Source: Lama guanicoe
Lineage: Eukaryota
DNA: 64,000 bases
Assembly (NCBI GenBank): GCA_013239625.1
Contig: MU054391.1
Location: 1,827,130 to 1,891,129, forward strand
Reading direction: 5' to 3'
The notes under the pieces were generated by a model, which did no database searches, was not told the DNA's origin, and worked only from the letters and a program-made list of their open reading frames with translations. Shown here one piece after another: positions 36,797-49,990 of the stretch. Every line of letters starts with the position of its first letter. Positions within the stretch are counted from its first letter, which is position 1. The translations under genes and the position numbers were made by a program.

Positions 36797-39700
36797 CTGT
36801 GAACTGTTGGCCCGGACAGTGCGCTGGCGGCCCGAGGAGCGGGGCCTGGCTGGTGGCTGTCGTCTCGGGGTTCCTCGGACCCGCTTGCCGGGGAGCTCCG
36901 CACCGAGGCCGGGCGGCAGGGGCCGGTGACCCCCCGCTCCGTTCAGCCTTCCTGTTTCAGGCGGTAATTGCAGGTGCCCCTAGAGAGGCCGGGTAAGACT
37001 ATTTCTAGACGAAGTAACCCACCAGAGCAGCTCCCAGTGATTTCCTAGGTGGAGTCTGGACCCATGACCCTCCCTGGCTTAGTGACGTGTCGGGCGCGCC
37101 GAGGCCGCGCTGCGGGAGCAGCTTCGCGCGGTCTTCCCGCGGACGCCGAGTCCGCTGCGGGCCAAAGAGGCAACAAGGATCCCTGGGGCTGGCAGCCGGC
37201 TTCTTGTGGTTGCTCACCTTCTGAAACAGCACAGCGAAATACACATAGACCTTTAGAATGTCGGATCAGAAAGACAAAAACAGAAGTCTAAATCTAAGTC
37301 CAGCCTGTGAGCCGCCCTGTCCGCATGCCTGGTTTTGCTAACGGAAGGGGTTGGACACACCTGGCACTCTGCCAGGCTGCCAGGAGGGGAGTGAAGTTTG
37401 CTGTTTGAGTCTGTTTGCCCTCCTCTTCCTTCCTTTGAATATTCACTGCATTTCTTGTGTTCAGGGAGGGCTGTGTTGAGCCGCCCACGTGTGCCAAAAG
37501 GGGTGACCTTAGCTCGGCCAGAAACAAAATCTAGCGTGTTGAGGTAGGTCCAGAGTGCTGACTGACTTGTGTTTCTGATTTTTATGAGGTCACAGTCCTG
37601 TGGGCAAAGGCTGCTTTCAACTATTTGTGGCTGGGAATCCAAGAATATCTGTTCTTGCCGCTAGAGATCCCCCAACCCTGTGTCACCTGATTCAAGGAGG
37701 AGACAGATTCTTTGGGATTGTCCTTTTGAAACCCTTGAGTGTCATTCCTCACGGCTGTATTGGTAGAGGAAGATGAGCTGGGCTGTGTGGAAGGAAGGCT
37801 GTGGACAAGCCAACCTTGGGACAGGTTAAGATCACACTTAACGTCGCATGCACGGGAACCTCACCTACCTGAGAGGCTCAGGGACAGAAAGGTAAGGTGG
37901 GGGGTGTACACCAACCTGAGCTGGGGAATGGGTTGGGCCTGGGGCTTCCAAGGTCACGGCGGCTGTTCACAGGACGGCGAGAAGAGGAAGAGGGGTCGCG
38001 TAATTAGATGTTTGCCCCGCCACGTTGATGGGGCCACTTGGCAAAAATTTATCTTCAGTGGTAACTCTTTTTCTGGGAAAAATCCCCAATTTAAATTCTT
38101 CTAGACAGTTAGGGAGGGGCCGTAGTTTCTCTTGAACCTGCAGAGTCTCGATTACCTTCTGTTCCAAATAATCGTCCTGCCAGAGAGACACACCTTGAGG
38201 AGGCCTGTTCTGAACCCCAGCAACCTTCTTCACCCAACTGAAATCTGGGAGTCAACTCACTTGAAAAATGAGGGGGTTATTTTTCTCTAGGATTCTCCTG
38301 CAGCTTAGTAAATTTTGTTAACAAAGGCCATTGCCAAACAACCCTTGATTGATGTGCGGGGCAAGGGCAGGGCATCACACACAGGCACTTGCTTTCCCCC
38401 GTGAGCCTGGCCTCTGGGCACCGGGAGTGCTCCGTCCACACAGATGCATCCTGGGACAGAGTTTGCATGGGACCCTGCTGAGGTCCTGGGTGCCAAGAAG
38501 CCGGAAATGCCGACGGCCCGGCATCGCCCTTGTTTTCGCCGCGGTGCTGCTGGCGGCAGCGGCCGTGGTGCCCCAGCAGGCTGTGCACGCGGCCATCTCG
38601 GGCCAGCGACGTGGTTCCAGCACCTCTGACACCTGAGGACATTGCTGGGGACTGCTACACCAGGCTTTCTAAGACCCCGTTTGAATTCTAGATAAACGTG
38701 ATCACACGTGAAAGATGAAAGTAAGGGCTCTCTCCCTCAGGAGCCCCAAATCCTGTATTTGTAAGTGTGCTTTGTGTGACCGAGACAAGGAGAACCCTGG
38801 GCGCCGCATGTGTGCCACCCGCTGCTGTCTGGGGCCCTGAGCCGCTGCCGGGCGGGCGAGCGAGCACTCGGACGCATCTGTTGAATCCCCTCCTGGCGGC
38901 ATCTCGGTTCTGTGACAAGCCGTCGCTGTAGCCTGCTTTGTTGCCCGCTTGTGTCTCCGAGTTACCACATCAACTCAGGTAAAGGAGACACACCAGACTC
39001 TAGCTGTATTGTTGCCAGAGACGGTGGTCGGCAGGAAGTTTGGAATCGGTCTTTTTTTTGTGGATAATCCACAAAAAGGGGTGATTTATATGTGGAAGTA
39101 TCCGAGTGCACATAATTAATAACCAACATCACGGGACAGCACGGAGTCCTTGCAGCTGCCCTCGGTTTTAGTTTAAAATAAGAAAACCATTCGCTCACAA
39201 TCACACTGATGCATCCTGCTTCTCTGCAAGACAAGACACAGGCTGATTGGCTGTGACAGACAGAGTCCTCTTCTTAACTGACCTCTAGTCATGAGGAGGG
39301 GCAGGGGGCACGAGGGAGAGTGAGGAAGGTGAGGGGTGCTGGCCCCCCTCTCTTCGCACACTGACTCCCAGCAACCCTCGTATACCAAAATATGATCACT
39401 TTCACATGCAATCAACGTAAAATATGAGCGAGACACCTGATGGCAGGCTCCGTGCATGTCACGTTTATAGCACGTGTCGTCTGGAGGAGCCTGTTTCAAG
39501 GGCTTGACAGCGACGTGTGGCCAGCAGCTGCCGTCCTGGGCCGTGCAGTGTTACGGTGGCCCTCAGAAGTCATGCTCTTTGGAGGTGAGTGGCTGTTTTG
39601 GACATCATGGCAGGAAGCCCCAGTGTCGTGGAGGCTGAGTGGCTGAGCCAGCATCCATGGAGGGGTGTCTCCATCTCAGCAGTGCACCTGTCAGAAGGGA

Positions 39701-40789
39701 GGTGCCACGGTGATGAGGAGGAGGGTGAGGGTGAGGATTCTGCAGATGAGGACACAGGTGGGGAGCATCTGCATTTCTCGCCAGAGGCCTACTTTTGGGA
39801 GATGAGGAGCCTGGCCCGAGGCTCACACCTCCTTGGCCCTGACGTCAAGCTGCCCTCTTCTCACGGGAAGTGAGGGGGCGGCCGGGCGACCCCACGTTCC
39901 TTCTGGTGCTAGCAGTCTGCAGCCCATGTGTGCACCCCACCCTGGCCCAAGTGCTGCGCATGCACACGTGCTGTGTGGCAGGAAGTCTCCACGCACACAG
40001 CAGCTGCGGGTGGGACCTGCAATTCCAAAGCCTCCGTGTTTGGCTGGAGGAATGATTAATGATGAAAGCGGAAGACAGATGGTCTGAAATCCAGTTACCT
40101 CGGCCAAGTCGCATCTGGCTGAGTCCCAGCGGTTATAAATAATAGAGCAATGACATCACCTTCCCCGTGATCCCGCGTGGCGTGAGGAAAATAAACTGCC
40201 CACCATTGCGAGTCCCAGCTCTGTTTTATATTGTGTCACTTCTCTCCCGTGGGTTTTCCTCAGCTGCTTCAACACAATGAGCTGTATGCCTGTCAGTTTA
40301 CCCCAGCATCCAGCATGGAAAACATTCTTATAGATGCGTCTAATTTGATTTTACAATCACTGCAAAAGCTCACAACACCGTTGGACCTTAATCACCCCGA
40401 TCCCCTAGTTCTGGTGACAGAAGAGAGTGGGGACCTGGGACTTAGGTACTGTGCGTCTGAGTCCTAAAAATGGAAATCTTTGCAAAGTAAACCTGGGCGT
40501 GACCCAGCTTAAGTCAGGGAACACAGTTTGATGAGGTTTATTTCAGCATTTACTTTGGTTCAAATCACTGTCCTGACACAGGAGTTGTTTGTTGTAAAGA
40601 GGTCCCAGTGTCCTGTTGGTTACCGAGTGCCACACTCCTTCATTTAGCTGTTCATTCGCACAGCTGGTCCACTCAGTGCCCCCGGTGCCAGGCAGTGGCC
40701 AGCTTTGGGGAATCAGCCCCGAACCAGAAAGAGTTTTTGTCTTTAAACACGAATTATTCTGTAGGCTGGACCACACATCAACAAACACG

Positions 40790-40970
40790 ACTGACCTTAG
40801 AACAATGAGGGGCTTAGGGGACCGACCCTCCGCTCAGTGGAAATTCGTGTATGATTTATAGTCACCAGCCCTCCGTATCTGAGGTACCAAATTTGTGGAT
40901 TCAACCAACTGCGGACCTGATCGTGTAGAACTGTGCACATTTACTATTAAAAAAAAAAATCCGCCCTGAA
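40790..40970 (+). mobile_element. TcMar-Tigger (Tigger2/MER8-like) element
   Basis: ctgaccttagaacaatgaggggcttaggggaccgaccctccgctcagtggaaattcgtgtat…ggattcaaccaactgcgga; same family as 2885-3079. Confidence 0.7.
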
Positions 40971-43900
40971 CTCTACCTCGTATTTCTGCCCTGCCTGTGG
41001 AGGCAGGGTGAGGGCCGGTATGAAGGTGTGAGTCGTCTGCAGACGGAACTTCTTGCTCCTTGAGTGACCCCACACTTCCTTGCACAAAGGAAGGGCTCTT
41101 AACGTGTGTTCACACGCAGCTCATGCCCCCTTCCCTCCGTCCTCCTGACCAGTCAGAGTCGTTGGGGCAGGAAGTGTCATCTGTCCGTGGAAACCCCACC
41201 ACCTGGCCATTGGTGGCTGATTCTGTTTTGAAAGCCCTTCAGATTTCTTTTGTTCTTAAATGAAGGATGATTATGGAATAAAGAAAGAAATGGCAAGAAA
41301 TCAGGGGAAATTCCTTCTCTTACAGTCACACCAACCAGAGAGCCTTAGGCTGATGGTTCCCATTTGGTGGAGTGTGCTAAACGCCACGGCGCTCACCCAG
41401 GGTGCAGTTCGCTGGGAGAATGTTCTGCTTAGAGCCCGACGTGTCCCTCCTGTTCACTGAGCAAGGGTCACGCGTCTCACCGCAGGACTCGGCCCGTGGG
41501 AGCTTGTTATTTTTGAAGCATGTTGAGTATTACTTTTTTTAAACACAATTGTAGATAACATCCTGGAAAGAGGAAGTATTTCTTCATTAAATGACCATAA
41601 ATGAGCAGTGATCACATGGAGGGAAGGCTGTTACCTAGAAAAGGTTCCAAGGGTATTTTGGAGAGAGAGATGAAAAATAAAGGTGCAGGAACGTGAGAGC
41701 TATAAGAAGATGACCTTAATAAACATTCTAGGAACCTTGATTTTTATCTTGTTTCGGAACCTCAGAGCCCGTTCTCCTGGAATGCAGGGCGCACAACAGC
41801 AAGCAAGTAAACATTAAGATTCTCAGGCACAAACAGATACCGAGCTGGAGGAGTGAATTAGGGGTGGCGACCTGCAGTTTCCGAGGCCTTCCGTAGACTT
41901 GAGGAGGTGAAATGACACACAGGGGAGGTAGTGATATTTCATGGTACGTATTTCTCCTTTTCCTGTTTAAAGTAAGAAAGCGGGTTTGGGGTGTGTTCTC
42001 GAGCCCTGAGAAAAGTGAGCGTTGGCGGAAGGTGGGGATACAGAGAGAGCCAGGCGTGATCGGAAGCGGACCTTCAGGTAAAGTCCCGGAGATGTGGATG
42101 CCAAGTGAGGTGACGTCAGTGAGGACAGGGCCTTGCCGTGCAGGAAGCAGCGAACTTCTGTCCCTGGTGGGGACAGAACAGGCTTCAGCGAACAGGCCGT
42201 GTGGGTGCAGAGACACCCCGCTGTGAGCTCTGGCTGCCAGCCCGCACTGCGGCCCCTGGGGCTGAGGGACGTGAGGACCGCTCGCTGCTGCTCTGGGGAC
42301 CATGGAGGCCGGAGAGGACGCTGCTCCCCTCACTCTGCAGCTGCAGGAGATGCTCAGACGGAGCCGCGTGGCCCCGGGAAAGCCACCTCCAGTGCTGCCG
42401 GTGTATGTCCTCTGGGCCTTCACCTGGGCGGGGACATCGCGCTGGCCTGCTGCCCTCCTGGCCCAGTTTGGGCTGGAAGTGACAGGGTCTGTCCTGGCAG
42501 TTAGAGGCTCCCAGAAAAGGCTGACTTTGTGGTGAAGAGCAGGAGAGGGGCAGGCAGAGCCCAGCTGGTGACTTGCTGTCATCGTCCGAGATGCCCTCAG
42601 GGAAGGTCGGGGACAGATCCCAGTCAGTCTTCTTGAGCCCGAATCCCTTTGATCCTGTCGTGTCCTGTTTGACCCGCAGAGGGAGGACCTGGCCGGCCTG
42701 TGGTCCGGGCTGTGCTCCTCCTCCTGATGAGCTCGCCGTCAGTGCCTGCTGTCGCCCGGCCACAGGGGTGACGGCCACTTGTCTAGTTCAGATAAACCTC
42801 CACTGGGGGAGTCAGAGCCACCCTGGCGGGGCAGCCTCTGCCCCACACTGGGCCTGTAGCCAGCCAGCAGCTGCTGTGTTAGTGGGGGCTCCAGCCCAGG
42901 TTTTACCTGGGCCCACTCGGGAGCCAGCTGCCGTCACTGCCCCCACCTCCAGTCTGCCCGACCCCTTCCTGGATGTGATTTCTGGCGTCCCCTCCTCTCC
43001 TGGGGGAGCCAGCACGTGTCGCCTGCTTCCGAGTCCCGACCCAGCTGCACTTCTGCCACTGCCCTCACCTGTGGAACACCCACAAGCTCGACACTGAATG
43101 TCAGGAAAGCGTGGATGTACGTGAGAGCAAGTTGAGATAATCTGGGGCCCCAAACACCAGCATAAATGCCTGCACACTATTCTTGGGGGTCCCTGGTATT
43201 CATACTCCTTTTAATGAAAGCCCCTACCCAGGAATGCTCTGGAGAATATTCTATGTTCTGGAGCCTTCAAGGCCAAACAAGCTATGCATAATGTGTCAGG
43301 ATGATGCCAAGTGAGGACACCCTGAATTTCTCATCACCCACAAAGAGCATTCTCGTGGATGGAGAACATTTCCATCCTGGGAGCGCGTGCTCTGGGTCCT
43401 CCCACAGGCCCTGCCCTCAGCTGACGTGCGGGTTCTGCTGCGTCTGGACGCCCCTGGAATTGGCCTGTCCTCCTCGCCGGAGCTGAGGGCAGGCGGCCCC
43501 GTCTTCTCCTGAGCAGGGCTGGAGGAACACTAGGAAGGTCGTGAGGCCAGTCACTCTGCGTGGAGGGTCCCAGACAGTTCCCATGCAAGCAGCCGAGTGA
43601 GGACGACTCCTGGGAGGGAGGGAGGGCCCTTCTGGGGCATGAAGACCCAGACTGGTCCTTCATGACTTTTACTTTCCATCACTTGAGTTTTAGGAAGCAG
43701 TTTGTCAGGGACGGCTGCGTGGTGCTCTACAAAGCCACCATCAGCACATGTTCTGCTAGGGGATTCTGCTTTTCTCAGTTAACGTGAGGAGGCAGGAAAA
43801 ATTAGGAAGAAAAGTTGAGGCATATTTACACACACATAGAAACGGGAGCTGATCTGTAACAGAAGGGAGCTCCAGCATGCGGGTGTGTGGTGGTGGGCAT

Positions 43901-46900
43901 CGCATGGAGATGTAGGTGTGCACACGGGTGGCAGGTGCGGACTGCATCGAGAGGGTAAGAGAGCAGACTGGGAAAGAGCGCCAGTAACTCCGCGATGTGA
44001 GGACGGGTCACATCGCCAGGGTGGAGGAAGCGGGGGATGGAGGGGGCAGGCTGGAGAGTCCCAGGGAAGAACCAGCAGTGGCAGAGGAGGCAGGCTACAT
44101 GGACGGAACTTAACCAGCGTCGTCGTGTGCAGAGCTCAGCGCTCCCCAGCAGGGCTGCTTCTGGCTGGGGGAGACTGCTCAGCCAGGGGCGTAGCCTGGC
44201 CGGAGGGCGGGGGCCGGGAGGGCTGACCAGCGGGAGAGCCTCTGTCCTCGCTCCCCACCTGCTCCCCTCCTTCGCAGACAGTCCACTCTCCCGGGTGTTA
44301 CCGGGCCCCACGTCAGAATTCCTTGCCTCATACCCATTACAGAAGTTTTAGAAATTTCAAGGTAAAAATAAGAGTGCTTGAGTTTCTTGGACTAACTGTT
44401 AACACCTTGCCTTAGAATTCCGGGTCAAAGAAAACAAAACACTAGCAGGAAGAATTGTGACTGACCGAGAGCGGGGGTGCCCCTTCATTGGTGCGTTGAC
44501 TTGCACTGTTCTGTGGCTTGAACTTTCTGGAGTTTATCCTGATGTCCAGTCGGGGCTTGGAGATACTCTGGACTCTGAAGACCTGTTCGAGCGAGGCTGT
44601 GGCTCCAGGACCTACTGGTCCAGAAGACGGTAAACACCTTACAGGCAAAGGGACTACATTCTCCCCGTGATGCCTGCAGCTCTTAGCAATGTTCCTGGTG
44701 TGTGTTAGGTGCTAAACGTTGGCAGAAAAGAAGTTTAAAGATTTGAGCAGTTCAGTAGAGTAACACACACATAGGTCTTTTTCAGCCCAAACTTCTCTGA
44801 AAGAGTCGGGGCAATGCCATATGGTGATGGGACGCCATCGAAGTGGCCACGCAGGACGTTTGCTGGCAGATTTCCACGTGGTGTTTGATGGGATGGCATC
44901 TGGGACTTTTCTGAGCAGTTTCACCTGAGCACAGTGCCCCCAGCAACGGGACCGGTCTTACCACATCGCCTTACAGACCGCGGCTGAAATCCCCAGGAGA
45001 CATCGGTAAGCAGGACTGATCGGGGGAACGAGCCTTGAGGTGAACGTGGAAAACCAGAACCTTCTCTCACACTAGAAATTTGCTATTTAGTGTAAAAACC
45101 TGAATCACAAAGCAAGCAGCAAGCCCTCATAACACACGCCACCTCTGAGCTCGCCCGCTTTGGGAAAGCCACCTGGAAGGGGGCTTAATGTGCCCCAGGC
45201 AGTTCTCTGGAGTGGGGGGCCTGGAGCCCTCCCCATGCTCCCCCAGCGGCCCCGCCAGGAACATCCTCGCTGCACGGGGACCCCGCACGTCGGTGTTAGT
45301 GACCCGCCTCCCCTTGCCTTTCAGAGCCCCTCTCCTCCTAGTACACGGCACAGTCACATTTCTTAAAACATAAATGAGCTTCCATTCTTCTCACGCAATC
45401 CCACGGCTGTTTACAAATGGAGGTGGTGCGTTCAAAGCCATGGCCTCCCCAGTAGCCGTGTGACCTCTGGCTCCGTCGTCATCCTGATGCTAAGGTCCCC
45501 GCGGGCGCCCAGTGCCCCTTCAAGGCACAGTGACTTTCTAACCCGCAGAGAAAGCTTGGCCCCTTCCTTTTCCTTTCCTTCCTCCTTTCCTCTGAGGCAG
45601 GATCACAGTGCTGGAGGGAAGCCGTGCTTTGTCTGAGCAGCAGCCTCTCTTCCCAACCTGAGCTGGTTTTTACAAATCTCTTCAGACTGATGCTCCATCT
45701 GCCGAAGACGTTTCTTAAAAGCATTAAAGGTGCATCTGCGTCGTGCTAAGTTTTGGAAATGCGTTGCCTTCCAGAATGCCCTTTCCTGCTCGATCAATAG
45801 GGCGACCTTGGCGAGAAGGCGTGGAATATTTGCCTCTTCGGTGTCTTTGTAGAGGGTACATCACAGGCCATGAGCACTTTGAGATTCAGTCTCGTCCTTT
45901 CCCCACGTGACGTGAAGTCTGTCCCGAGTTTCAAGGTTCATCAGGACAGCGGCTGCCAGCTCATGGTTTTACGAGCACGTCTAAATTGTAGCTGAAACAC
46001 AAATTTAGTTTTAGGACGTATTTTAACTTACTTTGTACCCATCTCCTTGGAATTTTGGGAGAACTTGGATAGTAATTGTAGGGTCGGTGTTGAGTTACTA
46101 TGTTCTTTGATCTGACTCCCCTGATACAGGTTATGCTGGTAATTCTGTTTATGAACAGGGGGAACATTTTTTTCCTCCACCCTTTCTTAGAGAGCCATTT
46201 TCTAGCCTGGTCAGGTGACTTAATGAGAGTCTGACCTCCACCAAGACTGAATTTACGTGCACTCAAGTGTGAGGACTCTGGAAAAAGACAGGACAGCAAA
46301 TCTGCACACCAAGGCACGCCGGAAACTCCGGCCTTGGGTTATTACCCCTGAGAAAGCTAGACTGGGACTCTGGAAGGTAACCATGGACGGTGGGCAGAGG
46401 CAAGGTCCGCTCTCTGCTCCACCTGACCCTGGAGCTCCAGAAGCCACGTGTCTCAAGCAGCTTTTAGGTCGATTTTGTTTATCTCACTGTTTCCATCATA
46501 TTAAAACGTGGCACCTTCAGTGCTGACATCTTAGACGCTTTTGGGACCAAATTGTGCACTGTCCTCAGGGTCTCGGCTGGGACCCAGAGGGCGGGAGCTT
46601 TCTGTAAGGCGTGAGGAAGAGGAACAGGGAGGGAGTTTAGCACTGGAAATTATTTCCTAATCCAGTCATTCTGGGTATTGGCAGTGGGGGAGATGCACCC
46701 GCGAAATTAGCCACTTCTTAACATCTAAGCGTTGGAACACCAGTTTGAAAAATCAGCTACAAACCTCGTTACGTAGTTTAATGTCCTGTCTGTAACGGTG
46801 TGAACAGCAAATCACTCGGCACCGGGGGCTCCACCCTCTCCCTTCAGTTTCTCCAACCTCGCTTATACCTTGTTTATGGAATTAAAAATGTTACTCTGCA

Positions 46901-47664
46901 TTAGCGCCTTAGAGTCTTATAAGCACAGTTGTCAAGGCCACTAGTGAAATTTTAAAGGAACGGGAATCTCCAACTGTCGCAAACCTGTCCTGCGGTGGCT
47001 CTCGCCGGTGTGTGTGCGTCCGCCGTGTCTGCTGCCGACCCGGTTTCCCTCTCCTATATACCCAGGTGGCACAGTTCTGAGAAGAAAATGCGACTTTCCC
47101 CCTTTACGTAAGTCTCACCATCCCAGGCGCTTGGGGACCAGCACCTCTAACAGAAGTGGCCCTGAGCTGGTGACTGCAGGTGGCACCTGGATGACAAGCC
47201 TCGCTTCGTGGAACCCGTTCCGTCACGTGTCCCAGCCGTGTCATTCGGTAGCTTTCCCTTCATTCCTGTGGTTTCTGGGGGAGCTGAGTTGGATCGCCCC
47301 GTGGGGCTGCCGTGGGGGCTGGCGCGGGGAGGGCGGAGTCTGCAGCGCCCCAGACCCACCGCCGGCGGGGGCGGGGGTGGGAGTGAAGCTGACACCAGCG
47401 CCTCGCCTCTGTCCGCGCCCGCGGGCCTTCCACGGGCCTGGGAGGGACTCGGCACAGAAGCTAGGGCAGCGCGTGTGTCTGAGTGGACGGCAGTGAAAAG
47501 GAAAACCACGCCCCTGGGCGGAGGGTCCCGGACAGTGAACTCGGACTGGAATAAGGTTAGAGTGGAGACATGTTTGGTATCCCTTGCTTTTTGGGAAAAG
47601 TTCGGTGGTGGTGTTTTTAAAAGTCCTGTAACCTTGGCGTGAAAGCGGCTGCAATCAAGCTGAC

Positions 47665-47942
47665 TTTTAATAATTAGTTTATACTGGAGTAGAGGGGCTT
47701 ACAGCACTGTGCTAACTCGTGGTGTGCAGCACAGTTATGCATATATGTTCTTTTTCATTATAAGTTATTACGAGCTATTGAATAGAGTTCCCTGTGCTCT
47801 ACAGTAGGACCTCGTTGTTGGTCTATTTTGTATACAGTAGTTTGTACCTGCTCATCCCAAACTCCTAATTTATCCCTCTCCCCCAACCCTTTTCCCCTCT
47901 GGTAACCATAAGTTTGCTTTCTATGTCTGTGGGTCTGTTTCT
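47665..47942 (-). mobile_element. L1 3' end (cetartiodactyl-type)
   Basis: tattgaatagagttccctgtgctctacagtaggacc…ggtaaccataagtttgctttctatgtctgtg; related to 14228-14599. Confidence 0.85.
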
Positions 47943-49537
47943 CAGCACAGAATGGGTCAGACCAGAGATGGGCCCAGACGCGGAGGAAGCTGGCAGCCTC
48001 CGCTTCCCCTGCTCTGCTCGTGGGGCTGGCGGCAGGACGCCGCTGACCCTCGGACTCCCGTGTCTGTGTGTCCCTAGCTTTGTGGGCTGGTCCCCAGTGC
48101 CCTCCCCCAGCATCTCCTCTGCTCTCCTGCTGAACTTTGGGTCTGGTTTTCACACTTCATCTGTCACCTTGAGCTTGGTCCTTACGTGGACTTATGCTTC
48201 TTGTGCTGGCTGAAGCCAGGGCCACGGTCGTAGACCCCTGGTTCCCAGTAACTCTGAGCCCCTGGCCAGAGTGTTTTGACTGGGGTCATGTTGAAACAGG
48301 CTGATAGACAGGTGGCTGGTCACCATGGAAACAGGAAGGTGGAGAGCCACGGGCGCTCCCAGCTGCAGGGTTTCTGCACTGTCTTCCAACTCTTTCATTG
48401 GATTAAGTTTTTTTCTGCTTTCATACTATTAATTTCTAAGAGCTACTTTTTGTTTTCCAAATAGTTTACTTTTCCAGATCTTTTGTTCTCCACATAGTCC
48501 TTTAAAAATTTCTTTAATGTCTGGTTTATGGATGCACTATCTTTTCATGGTCTCTGATGCTGTTGATAAAGCCATAGGGACGCTCCTAGTGTTTGCATTA
48601 TTTTGGACCCTGTCTTTCATATAAAAATAGTTCTCAAATGTCAGAGTGTAGCACGAAGTTGATGACTGAAAGCTCTGTGCTCCGGGGTGGCCCTCACTGA
48701 TGGGTGGTCTGATGGTCAGCTGGGAGGGACCCCACCTGCGTCAAAGCCTTGTGAGCTCTCCCTCGGCCGCGCAGACTCTTCAGCGCGGGTGCCTGCAGCC
48801 TGCCGCTGGGGTCCCAGGGGCCAGGCCGGGGAGAAGGCGGGGCTGGGCCCCAGCAGACAAGCTCCCCTGCCCCTGCTGTCCGGCTTCTGTGTGGTGCTGT
48901 CTTTATATATGTGCGTATTTATCAAAGTGTAGTCAGCTCACGATGTCGTGACAACTTCTGGCGGACAGCACGGCGCCTCGGTCTGTGCGGCATTTTCACC
49001 CTTGGGTCTGACTGGCGCTCCCGGCACAAGATCTTCCGTTCTCTTCAGAGAACAAAACTTTTGATTTCTGCTGGGGGAGGGGGAGGGGGAGGGGGTCATG
49101 GCTGCCTGGTCACCGCCCCAGTGTAGATTGTCTGGGACCTTCAAATGCACAGCGGACACCACCTCTCTCTCTCTCTTTGTCAATGGTCGACTTTGCTGAT
49201 TGATTAAAATCCTCTTTCTGGCAGCACTCTGACGTGACCTTGCAATCTTGTCTCTTTCTTTGTCCTTTTTGTGCCCACAACTGTTTCTGAAAAGTCTTAG
49301 AGCCACCCCCTCCCTCCCCAAGCAAGCTGCTGGCGTAAGGAGCACTCACTCTCCTTCACCGAGGCGGACCTGCTACTGTCACGTCCTGTTTGTGTCTGAC
49401 CCTGTGTTTGTTGTCGTCGAGCCATTTGTGGGGCAGCTGCGGAGAGCACGGCATTCGGGCCCTAAGCGCTTCCACGCAGACGCCCCAAGAACGAGCGTGT
49501 CCTCCCGCGTGGCCTCAGCGAAGTTGTCACACTCGTT

Positions 49538-49990
49538 GTGTTAGTTTCTGTTGCTGTTGTGACAAGTAGCCGCATTCTCAGTGGCTTAAAACAACACGGA
49601 TTTATTACCTTGCAGCCCAGGATGGCAGAAATCTGAAGTGGGTCTCGCTGGGCTCAATGACTGTGCCGTCTGGGCTGCGCTCCTCCTGGAAGCTGCCAGC
49701 ATCCCTTGGCTTGTGGCGCCTTCCGTCTTCAAAGCCAGAGATGGCCCATGGAGTGCTCCCCACGTCACGTCGCCCTGACGCTGCCTCCCCATCTCCCTCC
49801 CCCACCTTCTAAGGACCCTGGTGATTAGATCACCCACCTGGTAACACGGGAAGTGGCCTCTCTTAAGGTCAGCTGATTGAGCACCTGCCGCCCTAACTCC
49901 CCGTCCATGTGACCCAGCGTATTCACAGCTTCCGAGGACTAGATTTGAAAATCTTTGGGAAGATGAGGGTGGAGAGCGTGACTCTATCAC
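49538..49990 (-). mobile_element. MLT1 (MaLR) solo LTR, MLT1C/D-like
   Basis: Begins TGTGTTAGTTTC…gtggcttaaaacaacac…taaggaccctggtgattag…aaggtcagctgatt…attcacag and ends …ACA. Confidence 0.8.

Noticed and set aside
41728..43177. Cluster of 100-284 aa ORFs
   Set aside because: GC-rich non-coding composition, overlapping on both strands, with no protein-like features.
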